From contig NC_043002.1 in assembly GCF_006345805.1 (NCBI RefSeq), positions 56,172,001-56,236,000 on the forward strand: 64,000 nt of DNA, read 5' to 3'. Under the pieces are notes generated by a model. The model saw only the letters and a list, made by a program, of their open reading frames with translations, had not been told where the DNA came from and did not search any database. Of this stretch, positions 52,390-64,000 are shown piece by piece. Source of the DNA: Octopus sinensis (Eukaryota). A program made the position numbers and the translations under genes. The stretch's first letter is position 1; every line of letters begins with the position of its first letter.

Positions 52390-54009
52390 GCACACACACT
52401 CGTACATGCATGGAAAAACACATGCATGCATACAGCAGATACCATTGCACATATACATATACACAGAACTTATACACATTCACACCCAGGCACATATACA
52501 CAGTGCTGCTGCTGCCAACACATGCACAGCAGACACATTCTGGCAACTGGTATCGCTACAATTCTTTCTTTATTCCCTTGACAATGAGGCACCACCAATT
52601 TCCTGTCCAACCATGTGGTCCTAAAACATAGATTAGAATATCTATATTTTGATATGAATGCTAAGATCAACGACACCATGTGACCTGTCATGACCAATGG
52701 CAGCTGAATCTGCAGTAGCCATCTTGAACTTTCTCCTTTTGGTTATGTAAACCTAAAGAGTTAGGTTCGTTTTACGAACCCACAAAACTTTTAAGTTGCA
52801 CAAAGCCAAATCAAACTGTTATTAACTCCTACTAAATGTGTTGAGTGACCCTTTCTTTCGCTTGTCCACTCACTTGTGTATGTGTGTGTGTGTGTGGTGG
52901 TGGTGGTGGTGCCATGTAAAAAATCTCATGTGGAACCATTTAAAAGCACCTGTGCAGCACCACATAAAGGCACCTGTGTGACACCACATAAATGCACCCA
53001 TGCAGCATCACGTAAAAGCGACTGTGCAGTGCCATGTTAAAATCACCCAGCACACCCTGTAAAATGGTTGGCATTAAGAAGGACATCCAGGATCCAGCAG
53101 TAGAAATCATGCCAAGTCAGACTGGAACCTGGGTAAGCTCCCCAGCTTGCCAACCCATGCCAGCATGGACAACAGTCATTAAATGATGATGATGATGATG
53201 ATATATACATATACACACACACACACACGTAAACGTGGCACTACTGGATCTCAGTTTTGCTGAGACGGCTGAGTATTTGTGAGACCACTGTATCACCAGT
53301 CATTCTAGTCTCTTGTCATCTTCTCCATGATATTCAGTGTCCTCATACACACCATTATCGTTGTCGTTTAACATCTGCTTTCCATGCTGGCATGGGTTGG
53401 ATGGTTTGACTGAGGACTGGCAAACCAGAAGGCTGCACCAGGCTCCAATCTGATCTGGCAAAGTTTCTGCAGCTGGATGCCCTTCCACACACAAAACAAA
53501 ACAATGACATTACTGCCTACAACAGTTAATTCCACCTCTGTTGCCAACTTAGAGCAAGGTGGACTTAGCCTGTTGAGTGTTGTCTTGGACCCTGGTGCAA
53601 CACAGTGCCAAGGACCTGTGAAGGGTTGCTGGTCCCTAGCACTCCACTATCCTAGGGACCAACAACTCTTCAGTTGGTTGCCAACAAACTCTTTTGAGTT
53701 GGCCATTATTAATTTGAATATCTTTTATCTTGTTTCGTTCATAAGACTGTGGCCATGCTGGAGCACTGCCTTAAAGCATTTTTAGTCAACTTCTCTGACA
53801 CCTTGATGCCAGCTACTTAGGCCCCTGTGCCAGTGGCACATAAAAACCATCCACTACACTCTGAGTGGTTGGCATAAGGAAGGGCATCCAGCTGTAGAAA
53901 TACTGCCAGATTAGAGTGGAGCCTGATGCAGCCTCCTGGCTTTCCAGACCCAGTCAAACCATCCAACCCATGCCAGCATGGAAAACGGACATTAAACGAT
54001 GATGATGAA

Positions 54010-54462
54010 TTAACCTCAGTACTTTTTTTAAGCCTGGTGCTTATTCTGTTGGTCTCTTTTTGGCAAACAGCTAAATTACAGGGACGTAAACACACCAACA
54101 CTGGTTGACAAATGGTGGTAGGGAAGAACAAATACAAGCACAATAACACACACTCACACATAAATATATATGTGTATGTGTATATATATATATATATATA
54201 TATCAGCATTTGACTTGCTGACCTTAATAACTGATGAGGAGTTTGTGACCATGTCTGTTTCTTGTTTGTGCATTTATATGTTTTTTAACTCATTGTGTGT
54301 GTGTAACTGGATTTTTTCAATTTTGTCTGTCAAATTCTCTCACAAGACTTTGGTCAACCTGGAGCTATAGTAGAAGACACTTGCCAAAGGTGCCATGCTG
54401 TGGGACTGAATCTAGAACCAAGTGGTTGGAGAGCAAACTTCTTACCACACAGCCATGCCTGC
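54010..54462 (-). mobile_element. SINE family A-related copy ending ~25 nt before ZNF277 exon 3 acceptor
   Basis: Reverse-complement head (cttaccacacagccatgcctgcacc) and body; more diverged than other copies. Confidence 0.7.
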
Positions 54463-54489
54463 ACCTATATAGTTATCCATCTTTTACAG

Positions 54490-54581
54490 ATATATTCTTT
54501 ACTGGAAGAAACGAATGAAAGGTCATCCAATCACAGACTTCTGCTCCACCATTGTACTCAATAGCAAGGAATCAGATATTG
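54490..54581 (+). CDS. ZNF277: ZNF277 orthologue, coding exon 3
   Basis: cttttacag|A TAT ATT...ATT G|GTAAGT. Encodes YILYWKKRMKGHPITDFCSTIVLNSKESDI, compared with human YILYWRKRFTEQPITDFCSVIRINS. Phases 2 to 1 fit the flanking exons. Confidence 0.92.
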
Positions 54582-55202
54582 GTAAGTGAATCTTCCATCA
54601 ATATTTGTTTCTTTTTTCTTTAATGTCTTTGAGCAGTGGGGGAATGATTTCACCTGGCCGAGTTAACGAGGGAGCTTTCCATTCCTCTCCATTTACCTCC
54701 ACTCACCCAGCTCACCTGTCTACCATCAATTCTATACATTTCCCTCTTCTGAAGACTTGCCTCCTGTTCTCTCAGGTGGCCAAAGTTTAGCTCCGTTTTG
54801 TTTTGACCTCCTATGGCTTGCCTCTATACCAACTGGTTCTGTTGGACTGGAGTTGCAGGAAGAACTTAAAACCCTTGATTTTTGTTTATAATTTCCAAGT
54901 TAACATTTTATGGAAATAAAGCTCTTGGCATCATCATCATGTCTGTTTTCCATGTCAGCATGGGTTAGATGTTTTGGCAGGAGCTGACAAGGCCAGGAAT
55001 TGCACCAAGCTCCAGTCATCTGTTGTAGCTTGGTTTCTGCACCTGGATGCCCTTTCAAATGCCAACCACTTTACAGAGTGGACTGGGTGCTTTTTATGTG
55101 GTACGTGCACAGGTGCATTTTACATAGCACCATCACCAATAGAGCCACCAAGTACCTTGCAAAACAAAATCTCCTCACCTGGGAATGGAGGAATAGTATT
55201 AA

Positions 55203-55424
55203 CCCTTTTGATATCAACCCAGCTGAAACCACTCCTGCTTCTGTAGTACAAATGTCTTGTTTACAAAAGTTCTGAATTAAAATCTTCCACCAAACTTTAT
55301 TCACAATTTATGTTCCTAACACTAGCTTCATGATAACTAAGCTATTTTAGTAAATTCTTTGTTATATTTAAAATGAATTGAAAGAAACACAGAGCAACTC
55401 AACAGAAATATGGTAACAAAACAG
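55203..55424. mobile_element. piggyBac-type MITE (TTAA|CCCTTT... ends)
   Basis: TTAA at 55199-55202 and 55425-55428. A second copy at 55566-57199 ends in aaaaggg|ttaa. Confidence 0.6.
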
Positions 55425-55754
55425 TTAAAGAGTGCACTGGGTGCTCTTTATGTGGCATTAGCACTGGTGCTTTGTAAATTGCAAGACAAGAAGCCCTCAG
55501 CTGGGAGATGGAGAAGTACTGTAGTGTCTTTGTGCAGGTTGGGAGATTAACACTTCAGCATATAACCCTTTTGATACCAACCTGGCTGAAACCGGCTCTG
55601 GCTCTGTAGTAAAAATGTTTTGTTTTCAAAAGTTCTGAATTAAAATCTTCCACCAAATCTTAGTCACAATTTATGTTCCTAACACCAGCTTAATGATAAC
55701 TAAGTTATGTTACTAAATTCTTTGTTACATTTAAAATTAATTAAAAGAAATACA

Positions 55755-57165
55755 GATGTACCCAGTGTAAGCTATGGACACATAAGAGGTGCAGTAATAT
55801 CAAAGGGAGGCTAACTGGGAAGAAAGTTTCTGTATGTGGCAGATGCTCGGGTGCAATAAACACTGAAAATGTGCAGAGACCAACTTCCGCCACATTCCAG
55901 GGAGAAAAACTAGAAGTAGTTGATAGCTTCTGTTACCTAGGGGACTAAGTCAGTAGCGGAGGTGGGTGCGCTGAAAGTGTAGTTGCTAGAATAAGAATAG
56001 CTTGGGCAAAGTTCAGAGAGCTCTTACCTCTGCTGGCGACAAAGGGCCTCTCACTCAGAGTAAAAGGTAGACTGTATGATGCATGTGTACGAACAGCCAT
56101 GCTACATGGCAGTGAAACATGGGCTGTGACTGCTGAGGACATGCGTAAGCTCGCAAGGAATGAAGCCAGTATGATCCAATGAATGTGTGATGTCAGTGTG
56201 CATACTCGACAGAGTGTAAGTACCTTGAGAAAAAAGTTGGACCTAAGAAGCATCAGATGTGATGTGCAAGAGAGACGACTGTGCTGGTATGGTCATGTGG
56301 CAAGAATGGACGAGGACAGCTGCGTGAAAAAGTGCCACACCCTAGCGGTTGAGGGAACCTGTGAAAGAGGTAGACCCAGGAAGACCTAGGAAGAAGTGGT
56401 GAAGCACGACCTTCGAAGTTTAGGCCTCACCAAGGAAATGACTAGTGACCGAGACCTTTGGAAATATACCGTGCGTGGGAAGACCAGGCAAGCCTAATGA
56501 AACCTTAATCTCATGGCCTATGCCAGGGGCGTAACCAGCCCACTTATGCGTAACCTTTTCCTTCTTTGGACACTAAAACTCTGCTTGCGAAGACCTGTTG
56601 AGGTAAGTGAAATCAAATCAATCAAAAGCAAAATCAAAATCAAATTCGATGACTGGCGTCCGTGCAGGCAGGGTGCAAAGAGCACCATACGAGCGTGATC
56701 ATTGACAGAGCAATTAATCGGCTTCCGTGCCAGTGGCACTTAAAGGGCACCATTCAAGCATGATCATTACTGCTAGTAGGGTGCAAGAGCACCATCCAAG
56801 CATAATCGTTGCCAGAGCAGCCAACTAGCTTCTGTGCCAGTGGCACATAAAAGGGCACCATTCAAGCGTGATCATTACCAAAGTCGCCTTACTGGCACCT
56901 GTGCTGGTAGCATGTGTAAAAGGATTCGAGCAAGGTCGTTGCCAGTACCACCTAACTGGCCCCTGTGCCGGTGGCACGTAAAAAGCACCCACTACACTCT
57001 CGGAGTGGTTGACGTTAGGAAGGGCATCCAGCTGTAGAAACTCTGCCAAATCAAGATTGGAGCCTGGTGCAACCATCTGGTTCGCCAGCGCTCAGACAAA
57101 ATTGTCCAACCCATGTTAGCATGGAAAGCGGACGTTAAACAATGATGATGATGATGATGATGATA
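55755..57165 (+). mobile_element. 5'-truncated RTE-clade LINE (end of ORF plus full 3' UTR and (GAT)n tail) nested in a MITE
   Basis: Reads EKLEVVDSFCYLG...ARIRIAWAKFRELLPLL...KGRLYDACVRTAMLHGSETW...RRLCWYGHVARM...RGRPRKT, with stops. The UTR ends ...ggacgttaaac(aat)(gat)n. Confidence 0.88.
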
Positions 57166-57361
57166 GATCATCTCAACAGAAATATGGTAACAAAAAGGGT
57201 TAAAAGGATGTGGCTTTGTGCCAGTTGAGAGATTTAAGGTACACAGGGGAAGGATGTAGGTGGTAGCTTATAAGAATTTGGTTGGTTTTTCTGATTTCTA
57301 ATGTGAGTTAAGCTGTACTGGTTTTGGTGGGATGTTTTCTAAATCCTTTCATACATCTTTA

Positions 57362-57712
57362 TCTTTCACTTGTTTCAGTCATTAGACTGTGGCCATGCTG
57401 GGGCACCACCTTGAAGAATTTTTAGTTAAATTAATCAACCCCAGTACTTATTTTTTTAACTATGGTTCTTATTCTATCATTCTCTTTTGCTGAACCACTA
57501 AGTTACAGGGGTATAAGCAATCAACACCGGTTGTGAAGCAGTGGTGGAGGACAAACATACACACACACATACACACACATGATGAGGTTCTTTCAGTTTC
57601 CATCTAACAAATCCATTCACAAGGCTTTGGTCAGCATGAGGCAAAAGTAGGAGACACTTGCCCAAGGTGCTACACAGTGGGACTGAACACAGAACCATGT
57701 GTTTGGAAAGCA
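57362..57712 (-). mobile_element. SINE family A-related copy
   Basis: Reverse-complement match to family A. Confidence 0.7.
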
Positions 57713-58966
57713 TATTTCATGTTATGGGTGATATCTGGACAACATTAGAGAGTTATCCATCATATGACAGGTTATTTTGGGAAGTATACTTTGGCCACCA
57801 TGGGTAATATCAGGCAATATAGCCTACATCATCGTCATCATTATCATTTAATGTCCGTTTTTCTCATACACACATATATACATACATATTGTAATTAATA
57901 TTAGGAAGGGCATCCAACTGTAGAAACTTGCTAAAGTAGATATTGGAGCAAAAGACAATCCTCCAATTTGTTAGATCCTGTTGAACTGTCAACTCCTACC
58001 TTCATGGATGACAGACATTGGCTGGAGACTCTGACCTCCTAAATCCAATGCCAATATGGTAATGGTTGTTACTGTCCTATGTTTGGGACTGTCTCTAATG
58101 CTCCTACTACAACTACTAATACTACTACAACTACTACTGCTACTAAGTACCACTCCCTCAATTGCTCCCACCCCACTTTAAAAAGGCCTTCACCTTTTCT
58201 ACTTAAACACACCAATCTTCCTCCCCCCCCCCCATACAATAACCATTCTTCAAGTGCTCTGTTTTTTATTTCCAGTAATGGCTCTGACAAAGATATTCTT
58301 AATTTTCTTGGGTCTTTCAATTTACCTCAATTGATCAATTGACAAATTGAGTAAACCTATCTGTAATGTCTAATGGAAACGGTTATAAAAGGATACTAAA
58401 TATGGATTTCTACACGTATATACAGTAAAAGGAGTAATCCTGCTGTATGATGGCCCATGGTAGCTGATAACTGAACATTATGAAGTTATTACACAGATAA
58501 TATTGACTATATATATCGTCCATTAGTGTATATAGAATCTATATAAAAAATTAAAAAACCAGAAGACGGAATGAACAGGTTTTAATCACAAATCACAACA
58601 ATTGTTTCTGTGCATTGGTAACAACTGTTGCTGAGTTTTCCATATCATACTGTTACATAAAATGTTATGTAAATAAATATGATCCAGCAGCAACTGTATA
58701 CTGGCACATCACCAGGTGAATGGCTTTGATAGCACTGCTTTGCTTTCAATTGTTGTGATTTTTGATTAAAGCCTGTTCATTCCATGTTCTTGTTTTACAA
58801 ATTTATATATAGATAGATATGAATTTAAAAGAAAAAATAGAATTTATTTTGGTTGCCATAACCAGACTAGCTCTTATGCCTGCATATTAACCTTGCACCC
58901 ACTCACCCACCTCTTATTTCATCCTTAGGTTTTCCCTGTTATTGATATCCCCTTCTTCTATTGTAG

Positions 58967-59049
58967 GGAAACGAGAAAACTACTATTTGCTCTCTGATGT
59001 CTTCCCTGAAGATAAATACCTGCGTCAGTATTTACAAAAGAAAAGACTT
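58967..59049 (+). CDS. ZNF277: ZNF277 orthologue, coding exon 4
   Basis: cttcttctattgtag|GG AAA CGA...AGA CTT|GTGAGT. Encodes (G)KRENYYLLSDVFPEDKYLRQYLQKKRL, compared with human ENYFLLCDVLPEDRILREELQKQRL. Confidence 0.92.
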
Positions 59050-59149
59050 GTGAGTGCTTGTTCATTATACTCTTATTACACACAACAGACATCAGTCATG
59101 TTTTTCTTTTAAACTTCCTTCTTGCTTAGTTTCATTTTGTGGCGGATGT

Positions 59150-59550
59150 CCCCTGACTGGCTCCTATGCTGGTGGCAAGTAAAAAGCACCATCCGAACAT
59201 GGTCGATAACCAGGTGTGCCTGACTGGCTCCTGTGCCTGTGGCATGTAAAAGGCACCATCCGAATGTAGTTAATGCCAGTACCCCCTTACTGGCTCTCGT
59301 GCCGGTGGCACGTCAAAAAGCACTATCCAAACATGATCGATGCCAGGCCAGTCTGACTGGCTTCTGTGCCGTTGGCCCATAAAAAGCACCCACTACACTC
59401 TTGGAGTGGTTGGCATTGGGAAGGGCATCCAGCTGTAGAAACATTGCCAGATCAGATTGGAGCCTGGTGCGGCCACTGGCTTTCCAAACCTCAATCAAAC
59501 CATCCAACCCATGCCAGCATGGAAAGTGGATGTTAAACGATGATGATGAT
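59150..59550 (+). repeat. RTE 3'-end derived short repeat with four ~66-bp units and (GAT)n tail
   Basis: Its terminal ~150 bp match 56990-57165. Similar RTE-tail copies are at ~3270, 4790, 16800, 22320, 30975, 32820, 33190, 42560, 52900, 53815, 54930, 61530 and 63400. Confidence 0.8.
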
Positions 59551-60547
59551 GAGTGGAGGAGGGGGGGGGTAATAGAAGCTTTGGTTGTGGCGATGAGGTT
59601 ACCTGACAGTTTGTTGTGGGTTAAAGAAAGTGGAGAGGACTGTCAGCTAGGTTTATAGAACCAAGGACCTAGCAGAAACCAATCTAGAAATCCCCAAAAG
59701 AAGTGGCTTTATGTGAGAAGGGGAGGAGTTGAAGTATGAGTGTAAGGGCCAGAGCAAAACAGGTTTCTTACTGTAGTGGGACCACATGGTTGCTCACATT
59801 TTAAAAGAGAGGGAGGGGTTGATTAAGGGATTGGGAAGAGATAAAGATAGAAATGATGAGGTGTCTGGATGGACACTCTAGGTATGAGGTGAGTAGAAGC
59901 TGGGAGTGGGGAAGAAGAACCAGCAGTGTTGGTGGATGGGTGAAGGTTACCAGAGTGTACACAAGAGAGAAAGAGAGATAAGGAGTGAATGAATTTAAAT
60001 TAATGAATCCTCGTCATTCTCACCATCATCACTGCAACCATTGTTTTTTTTTGGTGGGGGGGGGCTATCTTTGGGTTGTTTTTTTCCCCGACCCTTTTAT
60101 TTTATTTACGGTCGACATATTGTAAGATTTCTCTCCTGCTTTTTTACTGCAGTCCATTAAAGGTTATTTACTACTGAACCAAAGTGAACTTTGGCTATTA
60201 GATATAAACAACATCATTTGTTCAGCCAGCACTGATGTATCAAATGTCAAGTAACTTGATGTTATATACATAATACACTCATATATATATATATATATAT
60301 ATACAGAGAGAGAGAGAGAGAGAGCAATAAGAAAATGGAGGGGATCAATAGGTTGTATTCATCAACTTTTAGACATTATATTATGTCTATTTATTTATTT
60401 ACTAAAATGACAATTACAATATACATACATGAATAACATATTATGCTTTACATATATAATATATAAAGATACCAGTAATTATTAAAATATATAACATACA
60501 GGAATACAAATTGATATATATATATATATAATATATATATATATATA

Positions 60548-60742
60548 CAAATAATCAGAAAATGGAGAAAACCTCAGATTAACAAACATCGATTGGACCA
60601 CATTTATAGCTTATTTTTTAATACAAAGCATGACATAACAAACAGGTGACGTAATACGTTACATTACCTATTTGTTATGCATGGATAAGCTGTAATGTGA
60701 TCCAATCGATGTGTGAGGTTTTCTCCATTTTCTGATTATTTG
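60548..60742. mobile_element. Foldback MITE flanked by TA, perfect 29-bp TIR
   Basis: TA|CAAATAATCAGAAAATGGAGAAAACCTCA ... TGAGGTTTTCTCCATTTTCTGATTATTTG|TA. The inner arms also pair. Confidence 0.88.
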
Positions 60743-60864
60743 TATTTGTTTCCTGATAAACTCTTGTTCATCCTGCTCTTACCTGCATTCTAACGGATAC
60801 CAGTAGTATATAAGGATATTTTACCCCTTAGTCGGTGATTATAACCGCTAACTCTGTTTACACT

Positions 60865-60891
60865 ATATGTGTGTGTGTGTGTATATATATG

Positions 60892-60930
<39 letters not shown>

Positions 60931-60935
60931 ATATA

Positions 60936-60966
<31 letters not shown>

Positions 60967-61216
60967 GTGTATATATATATGTGTTTGTGTATATATATAT
61001 GTATGTGTGTATATATATATATGTGTGTGTGTGTGTATATATATATGTATGTGTGTGTGTATATATATATATATGTGTGTGTATATATATATGTGTGTGT
61101 GTGTATATATATATGTGTGTGTATATATATGTATGTGTGTATATATATAAAGATGTGTGTGTGTATATATATATGTATGTGTGTGTATATATATATATAT
61201 ATATAGTGTGTGTGTG

Positions 61217-61247
<31 letters not shown>

Positions 61248-61520
61248 ATATATATATGTGTGTGTGTGTGTATATATATATATGTGTGTGTGTATATATA
61301 TATGTGTGTGTGTGTGTATATATATATATGTGTGTGTGTGTGTATATATATATGTGTGTGTGTATATATATGTGTGTGTGTGTGTATATATATATGTGCG
61401 TGTGTATATATATATATGTGTGTGTGTGTATATATATATGTCTGTGTGTGTGTGTATATATATATATGTGTGTGTGTGTATATATATATATGTGTGTGTG
61501 GTATATATATATATATATAG
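60865..61520. repeat. Compound (TA)n(TG)n microsatellite, ~650 bp
   Basis: Almost uninterrupted alternating purine-pyrimidine tract. It is the source of the H/T/Y/I and C/V/Y/I ORFs. Confidence 0.95.
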
Positions 61521-61697
61521 TCATTATCATCATCATCATCATCATTTAACATCTGTTTTTCATGCTGTCATTAGTTAGATAGTTGGACAAGTAGCTGGCA
61601 AGCCAAACAGCTGCACTGGGCTGCAATTGTCTCTTTTGCATTGGTTTCTACAGCTGGATCTCCTTTCTAATGCTCACCACTGTACAAAGTGTGCTGG

Positions 61698-61872
61698 GTG
61701 CTATTTATGTGATGCCACCAGCACAGGTGCTTTTTATGTGGTTCCACCAGCCCAGCTGCTATTTATGTGATGCCACCAGCACAGGTGCTTTTTATGTGGT
61801 TCCACCAGCCCAGCTGCTATTTATGTGATGCCACCAGCACAGGTGCTTTTTATGTGGTTCCACCAGCCCAGG
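61698..61872. repeat. Three identical 58-bp tandem units
   Basis: atgtgatgccaccagcacagg... starts at 61707, 61765 and 61823. Confidence 0.92.
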
Positions 61873-61989
61873 TACTTTTTACGTGGCCCCACCAGGGTGG
61901 GTATCCTGGCAATTACCTTAGTAGCACTCCAACATACATTTGACTTCAGGGTACTCGGGAACAATATATAAATACTCTAAGGGTAGCGC

Positions 61990-62192
61990 CCTGGGGAAAA
62001 TGCTTAGCGGTTTTTCATCTGCTGTTACATTCCAAGTTCAAATTCCACGAAGGTTGACTTTGCCTTTCATCCTTTCAGGATTGATTAAATAAGTACCAGC
62101 TACACACTGGGGTCAAATGTAATCGACTTAATCCCTTTGTCTGTCCTTGTTTGTCCCCTCTATGTTTAGCCCCCTGTGAGCAATAAAGAAAT
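61990..62192 (+). mobile_element. SINE family B copy (5'-truncated)
   Basis: Colinear with 24631-24863. Other copies are at ~19200, 27398, 34600, 35253 and 38725. Confidence 0.8.
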
Positions 62193-62344
62193 TAACATAT
62201 AAATACTTCCAACCAATCAACTAATCAATGTAGCTGTCAGTACAGTGTTAAATCATTGTGTAATGATCTTGAGCACCCCCTACATCCATATATGTAACAA
62301 CAAAACACTGCACATATAACATGGTGCATGATGTAGTAAAGAAA

Positions 62345-62564
62345 GAATGGACAGCTCAAATTTTTATGCTACATGTGTTTCCATAGCATGGCTATTTATT
62401 CCATAATGTGTATATTATATATTATAGAACATTACATTATTGCATGAGCATCATTATGTGTTTTTACACAATAATGTAAAGTTATGTAATGTGTAGTGTA
62501 TGCATTATTGACTAAACGGTCATGCTATGAAGCTCATGTAGCAAAAAATTTGAGCTGTCCATTC
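62345..62564. mobile_element. Foldback / TIR element
   Basis: gaatggacagctcaaattttt[a]tgctacatg...catagcatg pairs with catgctatg...catgtagcaaaaaatttgagctgtccattc. Confidence 0.75.
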
Positions 62565-62595
62565 TCAATCCTTTATATTATATATATATATATAT

Positions 62596-62982
62596 AGGCG
62601 TAGGAGTGGCTGTGTGGTAAGTAGCTTGCTTACGAACCACATGGTTCTGGGTTCAGTCCTACTGCGTGGCACTTTGAGCAAGTGTTTTCTATTATAGCCT
62701 CAGGCTGACCAAAGCCTTGTGAGTGGATTTGGTAGACGGAAACTGAAAGAAGCCCGTTGTATATATGTATGTATATGTGTGTCTGTGTCTCTCCCCCCAA
62801 CATCGCTTGATAACCAATGCTGGTGTGTTTAAGCCCCTGTAACTTAGCAGTTCAGCAAAAGAGACCGATAGAATAAGTACTAGGCTTACAAAGAATAAGC
62901 TCTGGGGTCGATTTGCTTGACTACATGTGGTGCTCCAGCATGGCCACAGTCAAATGACTGAAACAAGTAAAAGAGTAAAGAG
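62596..62982 (+). mobile_element. SINE family A, well preserved copy
   Basis: tRNA-like head ggcgtaggagtggctgtgtggtaag...ggttcagtccta, conserved body ...ggtagacggaaactgaaagaagccc..., an internal TA/TG tract and an A-rich tail. Confidence 0.88.
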
Positions 62983-63898
62983 TAATATATATTCTCTGTT
63001 TTCTGACTGGGGTATCCATATATCTACTCTACAGAAAGACACCTATATCTGTCCCCTATATACCTTAAATCTCTCAACTGGTACAAAGCCGTATCCCTTT
63101 AATACTACTCCATCCTCCCTGTTGGAGGAATTTTGTCTTGCAAGTTACTTGGTAACCCTGGTGTCAGATGATAGTACACTCTGTAGAGTTGGTGGCACAT
63201 GGCTCAGTGGTTAAGGCGTTGGACTCATGATCACAAGATTGTGGTTTCAATTCCTGGACCAGGTAATGCTTTGTGTTCTTGAGCAAAACACGTCCTTTCA
63301 CATTGCTCTTATCCACTCATCTGGTAAAAATGAGTCCATCCAGGGAGGAATATGTGTACACCAGAGAAACCAGGAAACTGGCCTTGTGCTCCTGATGTAG
63401 TGGTGTAAGACTATCTGTAACACTCTGTAAAGTGTTTGGCATTAGGAAGGGCATCCAGCCATAGAGACCCTACCAAAACAGACAACCTGGGGCAGCTGCT
63501 GGCCTTGCCGGCTTGTGTCAAACTGTGCGACTCATACCTGCAGGGAAAATGGACGTTAAACAATGATGGCTATTCTAGTTTATTGATAGAGAAGAATAAA
63601 AGTGACTGTTGGTTCATTTACATAGTGGGTGTCAAGACAAGAGCACACACACAATATACAACAGGCTTCTCTTAGGTTCCATTTATCAAATGTACTCACA
63701 AGACATTAGTTGGCCTAGAGCTATAATAGAAAGCACTTGCAAAGGTTCCTCACAGTGAAACTGATCCTAAAACCTTGTGGTTGGGAAGCAAAGTACTGAA
63801 CCACACAGCCACACCTGTGTCTATTTATTTATTTATCTATGTTATATTTGTTTGTTATATTTTATATTTATTTATGTTATATTTATGTTGTATTTTAG

Positions 63899-63990
63899 GA
63901 AACTGCTTTAGAAGTGCAACAGAAAGAAAGAACAGATCAAACTTTCTCCAGAGATTGTCTCTTCTGCAGAGAACATTTCTTAGGCAATAG
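63899..63990 (+). CDS. ZNF277: ZNF277 orthologue, coding exon 5 (gene continues past window end)
   Basis: tattttag|GAA ACT...AAT AG|GTAAGA. Encodes ETALEVQQKERTDQTFSRDCLFCREHFLGN, compared with human EILEQQQQERNDTNFHGVCMFCNEEFLGN. Confidence 0.9.
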
Positions 63991-64000
63991 GTAAGACCAC

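Noticed and set aside
60790-61578. Long ORFs (up to 251 aa) rich in H/T/Y/I or C/V/Y/I
   Set aside because: They are translations of (TA)n(TG)n microsatellite. The same applies to similar ORFs at ~1186-1957, 4184-4719, 31773-32098 and 42795-43197.
62596-62670. tRNA genes at SINE heads
   Set aside because: They have A/B-box-like motifs but no complete cloverleaf, and each runs into a SINE body.

Overview
Eukaryotic, AT-rich, repeat-dense genomic DNA. The SINE/LINE families and microsatellite density suggest a cephalopod, probably Octopus (inferred from recalled repeat families, no search run). One host gene is well supported: the 5' part of a ZNF277 orthologue on the + strand, with coding exons at about 46323-46341, 47988-48252, 54490-54581, 58967-59049 and 63899-63990. 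All have GT-AG boundaries and consistent phases, and the gene continues beyond the window. Most of the rest is transposon-derived: two CR1-clade LINEs (one nearly intact, in ZNF277 intron 2), two RTE LINEs (one with three C-terminal C2H2 fingers), R4/Dong-type LINE fragments in trinucleotide microsatellites, Tx1/L1-like fragments, two Penelope-like GIY-YIG fragments, two Tc1 elements, one deleted mariner, several foldback MITEs, at least three tRNA-headed SINE families and a decayed 28S rRNA fragment. Most short ORFs in the track are microsatellite artefacts. The most unusual signal is a tRNA-headed short element whose tail carries a minimal type-I hammerhead-like motif and Penelope-like inverted structure. 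One copy is fused to the 28S fragment. Repeat boundaries are approximate and were read by eye.
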